This document shows positions 14,358 to 27,591 of a stretch of DNA of 64,000 nt, in pieces. The translations under genes and the position numbers were made by a program. A model generated the notes under the pieces. The model was not told the origin of the DNA. It saw only the letters and a list, made by a program, of their open reading frames with translations, and did not search any database. Source of the stretch: Saccostrea echinata (taxonomy: Eukaryota); assembly GCF_033153115.1 (NCBI RefSeq), contig NW_026889803.1:3534001-3598000 (forward strand), in the 5' to 3' direction. Numbering within the stretch: the stretch's first letter is position 1; each line of letters begins with the position of its first letter.

Positions 14358-15233
14358 GGATGTCAACGAGTACCCGGTTAACCGGGTACTCGATCGAACG
14401 TCCGAGTATCAAATACTAAAAATGGTACTCGGTTACTCGGATGTGTATTTTTTCTTATTTCAAAGTACATATTTTTATCAAAAACTTATCCCAAAAAATA
14501 ACTTTAATATGCATACGGTAATTAGCATGTCGTCATTTACACCTGTAAAACACCCGTTATCGCCTGTGGCAGTGTGTATACAGTAATTAGTGACCAATCA
14601 CCTGCTACACAGCTATTGTGGTCTTTAATTTTTGGATGGATTCAATGATTGTTTTCAGTGAACATCGTTTAAATATGGTCTATTATCTTCAAATCATTTT
14701 AAAATTTTCAAGTTAATATACAGGAGCGAAATCGGACATGCTGGTACCCACTTCAAAGGTTGAGAATTATTTAGAAATAATTAAAGATTCAAAAGATATT
14801 GAAAGTCAGTTTGCGTAATTAGTTTAGTATATACGGGGGAAACAACCAACATATGAAATAATATTAGACTAGCAATCCAAACAACGTCCGTTCCTTTTCT
14901 TTCGCTAGTCTAATCATCACAAACCTGCGTAACAGATTGTCTTCCTTTTGAGTTGATGAAACAGATCTCAAAAAGAACTGTAAACAATTTTTTTTAAATT
15001 TTTGATCTATTAATTGTGTCTTTTGTGTTCATTTGATAAATAAATGTAGTACCAAAAAATCATCCCCGTTGGACTCGATGTTTATATACATTTATAGACG
15101 TGATAAAAACAGCTTTGGAGTTTAACATAGCTTAATAGGGCTCAAGAAAATTAACGCACTTGTATCTATATTTTTACCGAGTACCCGGGTACTCGATCGG
15201 AAAAACGTCCGAGTAACCGATTATCAAAAATTG
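14355..15233. mobile_element. Non-autonomous hAT-like DNA transposon; right terminus lost in assembly gap
   Basis: Starts TAGGGATG (Ac/Ds-type terminus); clustered subterminal cgagtacc/ggtactcg/acgtccgagta repeats at 14367-14440 and again at 15176-15220. Confidence 0.65.
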
Positions 15234-15361
15234 NNNNNNNNNNNNNNNNNNNNNNNNNNNNNNNNNNNNNNNNNNNNNNNNNNNNNNNNNNNNNNNNNNN
15301 NNNNNNNNNNNNNNNNNNNNNNNNNNNNNNNNNNNNNNNNNNNNNNNNNNNNNNNNNNNNN
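15234..15361. other. Assembly gap (128 N)
   Basis: Run of N. Confidence 1.
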
Positions 15362-15789
15362 TGAGATATTATTTGAGATGGAAATTATTCCTTTTTTGAA
15401 AATTGATGAATCTGAAAACATAACGACATGTACTTCATTTATTTTTTTAAAGTTGCTTCACCCGCAAAGATTCCTTGAAATATATAGTGCATAACATAGA
15501 TATTGCAAGAAGAATGATGTAAGAATTTGAAATGAAATAAAATAACTCATATTCTCACTCAAGGTACCCGGCCAACCCTCGAAATCGATTGTTGGATTTT
15601 TGAAAATTCTGCACACTAAGTCCTGGTTGACCCAGAGAATATACAAAAATTCATGAAATTAAACACATTATATTTTGATCTTTATCTTGACTCTATTTTA
15701 TGTAAGTTTGATAGATTTTTTTTTAAATAGAAATATAGATATGAAAAAGATTTTTCATTAGTCTAAGGAGATCTGATTATGACGTTAAA

Positions 15790-16212
15790 ATGGTTTTTGA
15801 CGTCAAGACGGAGCAGCGGGAATACATTAATTTTTGTGATGAGTTGAGTAGAACTATTCAAAGAACCTTCTAAAACAAACACAAAGTGTCCAGGCCTCTA
15901 GTTTCTTGTTGATTTAAGGTCATCAGACGTTTTTATTGAGGGGGCACAAGCATATAGTATCTATGTTTACTATAGTAATCTATATATCGGCAAAATTATT
16001 GTGCCCCCGGTTCCTACGGCCATGGAAAGCAAAGGAACTGAAGGACCACCAGTTATTACGGACGAATTTACGTCACCAGTCCGAATGACGCACGTCCAAC
16101 TGTAAGAGATATTAAGGGGTTTTTTTGGGATATCAAAAGCACACAGCATTGTAAAAAGGGGATGGGGTTAAAATGGAGAGAATTTGTACCTGTTCGGTTC
16201 CTAGAATGTTAT
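15790..16212 (+). mobile_element. Decayed mariner-type transposase N-terminus, with a small GC-rich insertion at ~15938-16025
   Basis: Pieces MVFDVKTEQREYINFCDELSRT, KVSRPLV, DARPTVRDI..GISK and MERICTCSVPRML resemble the mariner EQRxxIKF, DxRxTxREI and WVPxxL motifs in the correct order; stops and frameshifts present. Confidence 0.6.
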
Positions 16213-17757
16213 AAGTTGTATCATTTGTTCTTGGTAGAATTTTTGTGACTTTTATGAATTTATCTTTTAATGATTTCCGGACAGACCTCGTAAATGTCTT
16301 CAATGTCTTAAAATTTTGTGAATCATAATGAAAAATACTATATTGCAAAATGCAATTTATGAAAATTCTACCGAAAACTGAAAGATATAAACTTTAAAGC
16401 TGCATGTCTATGTTCCTCTAACATACATCTTAGCAAAGTGTGCGTTAATCTTGAATTTATTACTCTTCATTCTCTACTTTTGGTAGATAATAACTAGTAG
16501 TATATATATACACTGAATTGATTGTTAGTAATATCAATTCAAAAAGCACGATTAGAAAGTTGTATTTTCTCTTGTATTTTGTATTAAACTCTAAAAAATT
16601 ATCAAAACTACGAAATTCTCGAGTGTTAGATTGCCATGCACCCTTGTACTGCCACGACTACAATTTATCAGTGGGGAATCTGTGGTATTAATAAAATAAT
16701 TGAAATTTTATCCAGAAATATAAGAAAGCAGAACCAACACATCATTGTTGTCAATTTTCGTGGTAAGTGATGTGTGCAGTGTTGGCAAATCGAACACACC
16801 GAATTAACAATAACGGAACTCAAACACAGGTACTTGTTGCCAGATTAATACTGAATATAAAGAATTTCATGTAAGTTTAATTCATTAAATTGAAGTTATT
16901 GGGGTTTTTTTAACAGAGAAATTCAAATTTGTAAACAAAATGGTAATGCAAGTGTCTATGCCTCATTACCTACCAGGAAATGTTTATTAGTATTCAGAAA
17001 ATTTTATTTAGAAATTTGTCTATCCTCTAATTATAACTGTTTGCCTTGAAAGACTCCAGCTATTTTCAATAACTTGTCAAATTATGGACAAATGTAGATA
17101 GATTGTAGTAAAAAGTCCCGACCCCGAAATAATTTTCTCCGGAGATGTGATGGGACAAAGGTAAGCTTCCTAAGATTTGACATTCGTCCGTGAAAAACTT
17201 CCGAAGAACAGAAAGTCTGCAATTTGGTAATCAAGTAATCAGATGTTCAAGTTAAGGCTATCTTTCTTGCCATTGGTGAAGCCACTGCCGAAGGGCAGAA
17301 TACGAACGAAGGGCATCAGAGAAGTATGATTTTTCTTCATAGAACAGAAACAGTGAGTGAATGTTAAGCAAACATTCGCAATATTTATATACTGTATACT
17401 TTATAGAATTGTAACTGGAATGGCGGAAAAAAGTTCTTCAAAACTGCTCCAATCTGATTAATTCTGTGTTTGTAAGAATTAAAATTTAAAAACAAAGTTG
17501 AACAAAAAACATGTATACTAGTAATCAAAGAAAAACAATTTGATAAAGTTTTGGCTGGATGTTAAAGAGTACATTTAACAGTGATAACAATTTAGGCAAC
17601 CGGGTGGATTTCATAGAATGTATGACATCTGACAATTTCATACAAAACAGCATGAGGTTTGTGGTACAATCAATATTTTATTTACATTATGGTCAGTTGA
17701 AGTCTTTTGTTCAATAGTTCATTTTTCCAGGAGTTTAAGCATCACATAAATGTCAGT

Positions 17758-19286
17758 TCAGACCCATCCACTCCCCCTTCTTTGTTTCTTTTCACCACCC
17801 CCGCCGCCGCCCCCACCCTTTTTGGCACCTGGTGGTGGGGGTCCCTTCCTCGTCTTTTTGACTGGTCCAGCCAGAGCATTTTTCCTCATGTGTAAGATAC
17901 AAGCAAGTGATACAATACATATAATTAGCATCACAAATATAAGACCGAACCCGACAAGATGTCCTAAGGGGAGGCAAGTGGAACCGATAGCCACACCTGG
18001 AAGAGAAAGAAATGTACGCTATAAAAGATGTACTGGAAGATGTCTTGAAAGAAGAACCATGCAGTAGTTAATTCTGACAATGCTTTATTCTGTATTTCAA
18101 ATAATATTTGTTTGGTATCAAAACATCTATGATGTTTTCTAAAGCTGGGTTACAGTTTTGCCAGCGATTTCTAGCAACTGGTCATCAGCGAATCTAATCT
18201 TCAAAGTATCTTACCCATGGTGTCTCCACATACGCTACTTGTCACGCAGTTCTGATCATAATACTTCCCAACAAGTGTGCCTAAAATGGACATTAAAAAG
18301 ATTGTTAGTACTGGAAAAAGGATTCTATTAATGTAAAAGTAGCTATGAATATGATTTCAACAGACAAGAAATATAAATAAACATCTCTGTTTTAACAAAG
18401 AAAGTTACTCACCAGCAACGTCAGCAGGGCCGCTGCAGATGGCAGCACCTTGAATCGTGATATTTTTCAAACTTGCTTTCGGCCACCACCACACGTTATC
18501 GCACGTACATGTCCACTGGAAAGAGGTCTGGTCAAAAATTACCAAACCATCAAGTCCTTTGAAGAAGGTAGTGGGGATAGTATCGACTATAGAGTTGCCC
18601 TTCAAAGAGAGCGAGTGTAAACCAGTGTTGGACGAAAACACTGTTTCAGCAATGGATGTCAGTCCAACATTTTCAACGCGGATGGATCTTGTTTGATTTA
18701 TGGGTGTAAAAACGTTGGCTGGGAACCCTCCACTGAGGGTCAGATCTTTGATTGTAAGTTCTCCAGCGGCGTCGGCATACTTGTCAATCGGTGCTATTGT
18801 CAGTCCCTCAAATGTAGCAGCATTCAGAGTCAAGGTCCCTCCGCTAATCGTCAATCTGTTCAGGGTTCCAAACGGCGAGAAGACGTTGGCGGGAAGATTG
18901 ACATTACAATTTGAAATTTCGACTTCTTGGATGTATCCTAAAGTGTTGAAGGATGTAGATTGTAAATTTAACGAACCTCCTGTAGTGCAGAAGAGCTGAA
19001 GTGTTGGGTTTTTGTCGTGGCTTAGTTTTGTCGTGTCATAGGATCCAAATCCAGTAAAAGATCCTGCATTCATGTTCCCGTTGATTTTGGTTATTTGAAT
19101 CCATTGTGGTAGAGGGTCGCTGAACGTACTGTATGTTAGAGGTAAAGTGACGGAACCAAACGTACACTTGTAAAGATGAACTGAGTCCACTTCATCATGG
19201 TATGAACATCCGGTCGGAAAATTCGCTCCATTCACTACAATTATTAAAGACCAAAAGAAAAACAGAGCGCAATTTCCAAAAGCCAT
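17758..19286 (-). CDS. LRR single-pass membrane protein, paralog 4 (392 aa)
   Basis: ATG 19286; exons 19286-18413, 18280-18215 (66 nt, GTLVGKYYDQNCVTSSVCGDTMG), 17996-17758; GT-AG phase 1; tail KGPPPPGAKKGGGGGGGEKKQRRGSGWV. Confidence 0.92.
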
Positions 19287-20934
19287 TTTGAAAAATCTCA
19301 CTCTTTACTAATTTTCTCTTTGTTTTTCTAAGTCTCTTTCTGTCACATATTATCTGTAAAGTCTCTTCATATATATAAATGTGACTGTTCTAGAGTGTAC
19401 ACTTTTCCCCTGACCTTATTAGTTCGTCTCCCAAAGCCAGCTTTTGTAATAATCGTATTACTTGAAGTAAAACACAATTGTTGCAGAGAATGCGAGGCAT
19501 AGATTTTTTCGTAATCTCCTATTTAAATTTGGATCAATATTTCAACGTGATCATGAACACGATTTAAATTTAATCTCTTGAAACCTGTTCAAGTTCACTA
19601 ATCCGGAGAATTTTATGAAGAATGGGTAAGAGGGAAAATATTTTCCTTGGAAAGAACGAAATATTGGTCATTTCAGCCTATCCCTATTATGTCTTTGGTT
19701 TTTATTTTCCTATATTCATAACACTATTGCAGTAAACACTTTGACAATCTCCAAAACAATATTGATACAACGTATTTCCTACATTACATTGTAAAGACCC
19801 CATACAATGAGTTAAATGCACGTACTTTTTTTTTACTTTTATCAGCGCAGTAAATACTTTCAGAAGTGATTTCTAATTTTAGTTAATTCTGCTTAAACAG
19901 TTTGAACATTATTTGATAACCCTTTTTTTGGTTTAAGACGCAGTACCCAGTTTTATTCTTCCAACCGGCTACCGAACTATTCTACTCTTCAAACAGGATG
20001 TATTTTTCACAGATATCAGCCAAGTTAATTAACCGTATTTTCCTTTTGTCCATTTAGTCAGCATAATAGTTTTTCGTCCACTTACTTTATAATTTATATT
20101 CAGTTTGATTCTTTGTAATTTTTATAGTCATGAAAAAATATGAAGAAAAGTCTTATTCGATCTAGATCGTCTTAAATTCTTCTTTTAAAACTATGAAAAA
20201 TCCTAAGAAGTCTGGTTTCCAACCATATTTTCAACGCCTTATAGTGTATCTCAAAATATATTGCTAACTCATATTTTTCATTTTCTAATGAATTGAAATC
20301 TAAATTGAAAAAAAAATGAATTCATTTTATCTCAGTAGAGTACATTTTGAAAGATATCATGTCTAGTTCAATAAAGGAGGATCCATTCACAGAAATTATT
20401 TTGGATGTTGGAAGACATTAATTTGCATGATTAATTTAATATCATTGTCAGTGTGGTTAATTGCAGTATTATATCGATAAAATGAAAAGTTAAATTATAT
20501 CAAAGTAAGCCATTCTATTCGTAAAAAGTAAAACAGCATTTTTTAAAAACAGTTTTACCTACCCTCATGTTTTCAACGACTAAGACATAATTTGACTGCA
20601 TTGTAATAAAGGAGATCTGTAACAGTTGCCAATTGTTTCAAATATTGTTTATAGATTAATTGAGAGACTCCTACTGTAAAGTTGAAATCATGTCGATATA
20701 TATGCACAAATAAAAGCAGGGGAAATTCAAGCGAAACATGTTATATCGGTTTTATGTAATTTCATGCATAGATGTTTCTATGCATGATCATTGATTATAT
20801 ACATGTATGTAATCTTAGAAAAAAAGGTAATTAATTGAAACACATGAATAGAAGAAAAAGGATATTTCTTGAACCAAAATTTCTCTGATTTAGTTTAAAA
20901 AAACGTTACTGACCATGTAAGAAGTGACGTCCAT

Positions 20935-20938
<4 letters not shown>

Positions 20939-20979
<41 letters not shown>
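20939..20979. repeat. (CT)n microsatellite
   Basis: Direct reading. Confidence 0.95.
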
Positions 20980-20981
<2 letters not shown>

Positions 20982-21659
20982 GAATATTATAAATGTCTAC
21001 TTCCACATTCACATTTTGATATTTTATAGTTTTCGTTTATTTTCTTTAAAAGTAAACTTTTCACTTGATAGCAAACATAATACTAATTATCTATTTTAAG
21101 TGAATCTTCTAGTAAATAGGAAATCATTCCTTGTAAATTGAGTCAAATGTTTACTTTCAAATTCTACTTGATCAATACGTTCTTTACATATCAGTTTTGT
21201 AGCTGAATTGATAATGATGATAGCTTTGGATTTGTCCATCAATGTACAATAAATGCTGCATTCTAGATTCAGGCATTTTTTGTAGAAGCAACCATAATAT
21301 TCTAATTTTTGCATCTACAAAAACATTTGACTAGATCTTTTTTTTCTGTTTGGTAGAGGTTAAATTTAGGTAAAACTGTTGATATACAAATTGAATCTAA
21401 ATTAAAAATTTTTACAATCATAGTTGTACGTCAGTAATTGAATATTGAACAATTTTTTTTAGACAATATATTGACACAGTCGCATTGATATATATTTTAT
21501 ATTCACTAACCAGACATTATACGACATTTCGACTAATTGTTAAACTGGACAGAAATCTATTTTCACTACTGAAAGTGCAAGAATTCCCGATTTTTTCCTC
21601 ACTTTTTTCGGCTTAAGATTCTATCTTAGGGGGGATTAAAATATAAATAACCATTTAAA

Positions 21660-22042
21660 AATATTGTGGTTATAACGAATTCTGATATAGTGAATTTATG
21701 CAAATAGCGAGTTGATTTTGTGTCCCGTAGAGGTTAAAAATAATGAAATTAACTTCTTTTCTGACTGATTTTTTAGGTCCTAAAATTTAAAAATATTTAA
21801 CAAATATTATTGGTTGTAAGTATTTATAATTAAAATCTTATTATACAAAAAAGTTCAGTTCTCCAACTAGGTTTTTGTATTTGATACTTAAATAAGCATA
21901 TTCTGTAGCCGTAAGATGGAAAATATGTATAACCCAAAGTTTCTGTAAGGATTTTACGAATTTGTCATACGGACTTAACAAATTGCGGATATAGCGAAGT
22001 AAATCCGTGTTCAGGACTTCGATATAACCGAGCTTTACAGTA
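21660..22042. mobile_element. Degenerate pogo/Tigger-like MITE
   Basis: Right end reads tactgtaaagctcggttatatcgaag on the minus strand; left end ggttataacgaa; internal atatag(t/c)gaa subterminal repeats. Confidence 0.45.
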
Positions 22043-22105
22043 TTTGTGTCGTATTTGCTAGCAGTAAAGTTAATGAGCTTAAAATGATTTTAAGTTCTCG
22101 GTTCA

Positions 22106-22405
22106 ATGCACGCACGTAGTATCGGGGGAGGGGGCTGTTAATCTTAATTGAAAGCTCCCCCTCCCCCTAATTTTTGTTGCAATATAGTCAAATCGTCCAA
22201 TGGGTATGCAATACTTAAGTATTTAAAAAAATGTGAAAAATCTGGAACCTAACCCAGGCCCCCCTTTCCCCCGAAATAGGATTTTCGAGTGGACCATCTC
22301 TTTTTTTTTTAACTTGTGAAATAATTTTCAGGTAACTTGTGAAATATTTTTTCGCCCTTCCCCACACACACGTACACTTTCAAAAACGATTCTACGTGCT
22401 TGCAT
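22106..22405. mobile_element. GC-rich MITE with 14-bp TIRs
   Basis: atgcacgcacgtag (22106-22119) versus ctacgtgcttgcat (22392-22405), 13/14 inverted match; internal G/C tracts. Confidence 0.65.
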
Positions 22406-22754
22406 TTGAAATTTTGTCAAAAAATAAATATGATCAATACAAAATAAAATTTTCAACTTGTATAATTAGAAAAATAGATTGTTGAAGACCTCAGGTTTGC
22501 TCCTTATTTTATTTCTTAATAACGAACCTTCAATATAAATTCAAACCTGATAAATTCGACATACATGTATTCAAATGCTTGTACTTCCTATAAGTAACAA
22601 CAATCATATACGAATATGTACAAAATAACAATACAAACACAACAAGCACATTAAGAAATTCAACTGTTTATAACGGTTAATGTATGTAAAACAAAAAATG
22701 ATACTGATCGAGTCATGTCTCAATCACCATCACCAAAGCGCTTGTCGGTTGTGG

Positions 22755-24349
22755 TCACCTTGCAACACCCTTTGGTGGTAGGGTGGCTGCCGGTGGCTTC
22801 TGCTTAGTGACCGCCTGTGAGTTAAGCACCTGTTGTATCTTTGACCATTTCTCCGTCTGCTTGGCTCGGAGCTTGTCGTGTTTTGACATCAGCTTCTTCC
22901 GGGTATGGATGAGGAGGATAAGGACGATTATAGTGAGGATTATAGCGATGATAAGCAGGAGGACAAAGAGGATTCTGAACCAGTGGTGACAGGAGTCTCC
23001 GAGGATGAGACCTATAAAAACACATAATTGTTCAGAAAATTATTTGAAATCAGTTGTACATAAATAATGAAGACATATTTTGTTGTCAGGTGATTAACAC
23101 TTCTTTGATAGCATATAGAGTGAATACGTATGTTACCTGGTATCCCATCGCAGATATCGTAGGTCACACAGTTTTCAAAGTAATACTTCTCAGCATTCTT
23201 GGCTGAAAAAAAATTTATAAAAGGCCTTTTATATTAGTTTCAATCTCTTGCAAAACAGACACTAACATTAACTACTGCAGGTAGAAATACAATTTTTCAA
23301 TGATTACAGCTAACTTTTTTACTGAAGAAAGAATTCTTTCCATTTTTTTGAAGCAATATCGTATAATGCAGAAAGGTTACTGGTACAAGGTACATTGAAA
23401 ACATACATCCTGTCTAAAAATACATCTATGCGTTTCATACTTTGAAAACCTTACCATTAGTACTCATTGAACAAATGGCCCCATCCCCTAGAGTGATGTT
23501 GTGGTCAAGAAAGTGTTTGATGAACCAGACGTTTTCACAGGAACATGTCAGACTCATCCCACTCAGTTCCACGTACAACAGAGAATCTAGACCAGAAAAC
23601 ATGTTGTTAGGGAAAGACGTGATAGGGTTGTTTCTGATAATGAGTCGCTGGAGCCTGGTATTCTGAGAAAACATGGCGGTTTCCAATGTAGTCAAACCAT
23701 TGTTGTCTAGAATAATGGTGTCTACAGTTTTCAGGTGGTAGAAAAATCCGCTGGTAATCGATCCTCCTGCTATAGCGACATTTGTGAAGTTCAGAATACC
23801 TCTCGATTTGGTTAGCGTTGTAGATACAGTGATGTTGAAGTCGGCCATAGTATCTGCAGCTATTGCATCAATGGAACCACCCTCGATAGTTAATATGTTC
23901 AGACTTTTGAAATCGGCAAATATATATTCCGGAAGACCGTTTGTCAGCCTGCAGTTTTTTATATGCAGCTCTTGAAGGTACGACATCTGCGAAAACGTTC
24001 CCATTGAAATGATGGCTTGGCCCGAGGGACTTCCGGTGGAGCATTCGAGCTCCAGGTAGGATGTAAAGTCCGAGTCATGACTGCCTGTTGAATAGCTTCC
24101 GAATCCATTGAAGGACTTGGTTGGGGATGACACTGGTAAGTTGCCGTTGATATTTCTTATCTTAAGACGCTGGGGTATTGGGTTGGTGAAGGCGCTGTAG
24201 GTTACTGGCAGGGACATTACCGCAAAATCGCAGGTGTACAGACCACGTGATCCAGTTTCAGTGCTGTAGCTGCATCCCGTCGGTTGTGCAGCATTAACCA
24301 GGCAAGAGTAAAGAGTCAGAGAACATGCAAAAAACACAAAATTCCTCAT
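22755..24349 (-). CDS. LRR single-pass membrane protein, paralog 5 (405 aa)
   Basis: Exons 24349-23455, 23202-23137 (66 nt, AKNAEKYYFENCVTYDICDGIPG), 23011-22755. Exon 3 frame is not in the ORF track: GLILGDSCHHWFRILFVLLLIIAIILTIIVLILLIHTRKK...EKWSKIQQVL...QKPPAATLPPKGVAR*. Confidence 0.9.
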
Positions 24350-26252
24350 GTTCGATGGTTAGTCTTCAATTAGAGTTTCACATGGTTCTCTTCTGCTTGT
24401 GTTCTTTCCAATTTCAGTCGTTATATATTTTTTAAAATCCAACACGAATAACAATTCTCGTCTTATTGCATCTAGCAGGTAATCCTTTTCGAACCAAAAA
24501 CAGATTAACGATCAAATGGACTTTAATTTTCAGGGTAGTTATGAGCTGTGGAGCTTTTGATTAAATATTGAGGTTAATCATAGATTATTTAATTTTGCCT
24601 CACATATTCTTTCACTTAAATAAAAATGATTAATATATTCATAGTTATTAACAAGTTTAATTATACCTGTTTCGTGATCATGAAACAATGGAATTTTAGT
24701 CACTGATTTCCCTTTTATTATAATTGGCTGAAAAAAGTAAAAAGACAAAGATAATTTTTTTAAGAAAAATTAATGAATTAGTAATTATGAAGTCTTTCAG
24801 CCTCTGATCCCCAATTAATCCGAAAAAAATGAGAGCTGATATAAAGTAGGAATTTTATTAATACAGACATCTTTTACAAGTTACACGATTTCAGTTCCAT
24901 TTCATCTTAAGGCAACAATTACGTGAACCGTAAAAATAACTCTGTCCCTCTTTGTCCCCTAAGCATTTTCCTATTCCTTTACGTCCTCCGATTTACCCAT
25001 TCTTATTCATGCTTCAAACATTAGATTGTTCCAAGATAAACAAAATTTGAGGCGCAGTGACTTTAAGAAAAATATTCAAACTCAGAAGCCAAGGCCAAAA
25101 TGTGGATTTCGCCATAAATTATCCTAAGGTAAAAAAGTACAGTGACCTTGACCAAAAATTATGTCACCTGATTAAAGGTCAAAGTAAATGCTCTTCATTG
25201 TGTAAATTCCTTTGACAAAAAGTATATCTTTACTTTTCAGGACCCCTCTACACACCGTACATTGTTTTAATGCCGTTAGAATTATCAGCCATTATAAACT
25301 TAGCTCTATAGTGCATTTCTTAATTTATAATCAATTCAAACATTTTTAGCATATTTTACGTCGAGAATAAATTGATTTTAATAAACTTTTTAATATATTT
25401 TTCGCAATTTAAGCATATTTTATCAATAGTAATTTCTGTTCACCAGTACTTCATTTTCTTCGAACATTTTTTCATGGGAGTAAATGGTATCCCACGCAGA
25501 AGATAAAATAGATAAACTCAGTATTCACATTAATTATATCTCAATACAATATCATTTTCTCAATGAAAAAAAAAATCAAATTAGTGTATGAAGGACTCTT
25601 ATAGGAATCTTCACTTGTCGTCTACGTGTATGCATAAAATTTTAAATTTAATCAACACATCATAAAACATCTGGTACTGAAATTATCGTACTAGATTAAT
25701 AGGATACATTTCATCTTTTTGAACATGACATTCTTCAACCAACGTCGAAATATTCTTCTGTTGTCCTGAACATGATTTGCTTCTACCAACGTCGGTCTAT
25801 GACCGTTTGCTTCCTTCTTGGAATTAACGGTTATTGCTTAAAGAGAGACAACTCAGACCAATGAACAAGATGAATTCAGATGAGAAGCAAATGAAAAAAC
25901 AAAACTTAAGTTTAAAATATAAATATATACATGCACAAGATCTGCGTTGTAGATGGAGCCAAAGGATGAACTTAGTTGGACAGATGTATTCCTTTCTAAC
26001 TTGTCTGTCTGGATACTGAGTAAAGCCTGAACTTCAAGATACTCTTGACTTTTTAAACGTGACAGAATAGTCTCACCCTGTATAGGACAGCAATACAAAA
26101 AGCCAGATACTGCTGAAGATTCTAACAAAATGACAAATGTTAGGAAAGCATTAAAACGTATCTGCAAAATATCAGATAGTTTCTTCTGTCTGTGATAAAA
26201 AAAAAACAAGTATCTACAGTAGAGACGTTATGTGTGGTTATTTTCAAATAAA

Positions 26253-26301
26253 ACCGGAAATTTATTATTTCCAGACCAATCAGACAATCTCAAAATGGCG
26301 G
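26253..26301 (+). promoter_or_regulatory. Promoter-like motif cluster (ETS, CCAAT, YY1)
   Basis: accggaaat (26253), accaatcag (26275), caaaatggcgg (26291) within 50 bp; no host gene identified. Confidence 0.35.
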
Positions 26302-26823
26302 ATCACCACCATGAAGTCGAGCACAGAGAGTTTTAGAGGTTAGAGGTTGAAACGTCCATTTATAATGATAAGAAATCACCCAAAAGAAAAAAAGAACTTT
26401 CATAGAGAGGCAACATCTGAGATAATGTCAGACAGTAGGGGATCATAATCAGTAAGTCACTTTTTTTTATGAGAAAATTTGTAACGTATTTCTAACTTAA
26501 ATACAAACTACTCTAAAATGCTTCAAATAGATAATTGCATTCCTTGCATGCTAACTTTTTTGCAAGAGGTGTATTACAAATTTACAAACATTTCAGTTAT
26601 AATTCCGAAACAAACAGAAGTGATGTTATAAAGATTTTTCAGTTATTTCAAGTATGATTTAAATTCCTTGCTTAGATACAGCTATAGGCTTCTAAAACGA
26701 AATGACAAATATGAACTTATAAAAATAAAAGTGATGTCAATTAAACTCGTTTAAAATTACTACATATACACAGAGTTAACGCATTTTATCAACTTGAATT
26801 ATACTTTTGGTGTATTCACCAAT

Positions 26824-27591
26824 AAGGGGATGGACGAACAAGGTGTGTAAAATGCCCATAGCTTCAAAATGGTTTTAAAAAATATCCAATTTGTGAATTA
26901 CGTAATTAGAGTAAATTTATTGAAATTTACGAAATAATGACAAACAAAACTTTTCTGTGGGAATTCTCTCGCCAGAATTATTATATGACTAAAAAATTAA
27001 AATGTGGTATTCTTGGAATTCGAATCCAAGCAATAAAAATCCTTTTTTAAAAAGTATTATTTTCATATAGAGACTAACACGTTAACCATTACGCTACACA
27101 AGTCACGACTAATACATGTACCGACATTCAAATCATGTTTGTGATATGACCCTTGACTAAATGGACTTCCAATTATTACTCGGTAAGGTACGAGTGTTGT
27201 GTCATAAAAGTGTATTTCTAAAATTTAGTGGGTCTTTTCTCCATGTTAACAGAAAAATGGGGGGAAAAATGTATATTTGAATGCATACGTTGGGGATATA
27301 TTTTCAAAAAAATGGAGCCAAGACCGACTGATATAGAAAAAAATAGGTTATAGAATGAAGAAATTTTCATTTTTCCCTCTTTGATGTGTTTATGCTATTT
27401 AATAGACGAAATCATTTCAATCTTTGTGAAATTGTTTGAATTGTTGAGATTTTACATTAAGTACATGTACATGATAATGCTAGATGAAATATCAAAGAAA
27501 ACTACATGTATGTTATAACGGAGATTTCATTTTCACTTTCTTATTTGTCGCACTGTAGGCATTTTGCTTGCCTTGTTCGTCCATCTTCTTT
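26824..27591. mobile_element. Non-autonomous TIR DNA transposon (~770 bp, possibly Kolobok-like)
   Basis: aaggggatggacgaacaagg....aaaatgcc at the left is inverted at the right as ggcatttt....ccttgttcgtccatcttctt. Confidence 0.7.

Noticed and set aside
14269-15494. ORFs with YI repeats or X runs
   Set aside because: Translations of a (TA)n tract and of the N gap.
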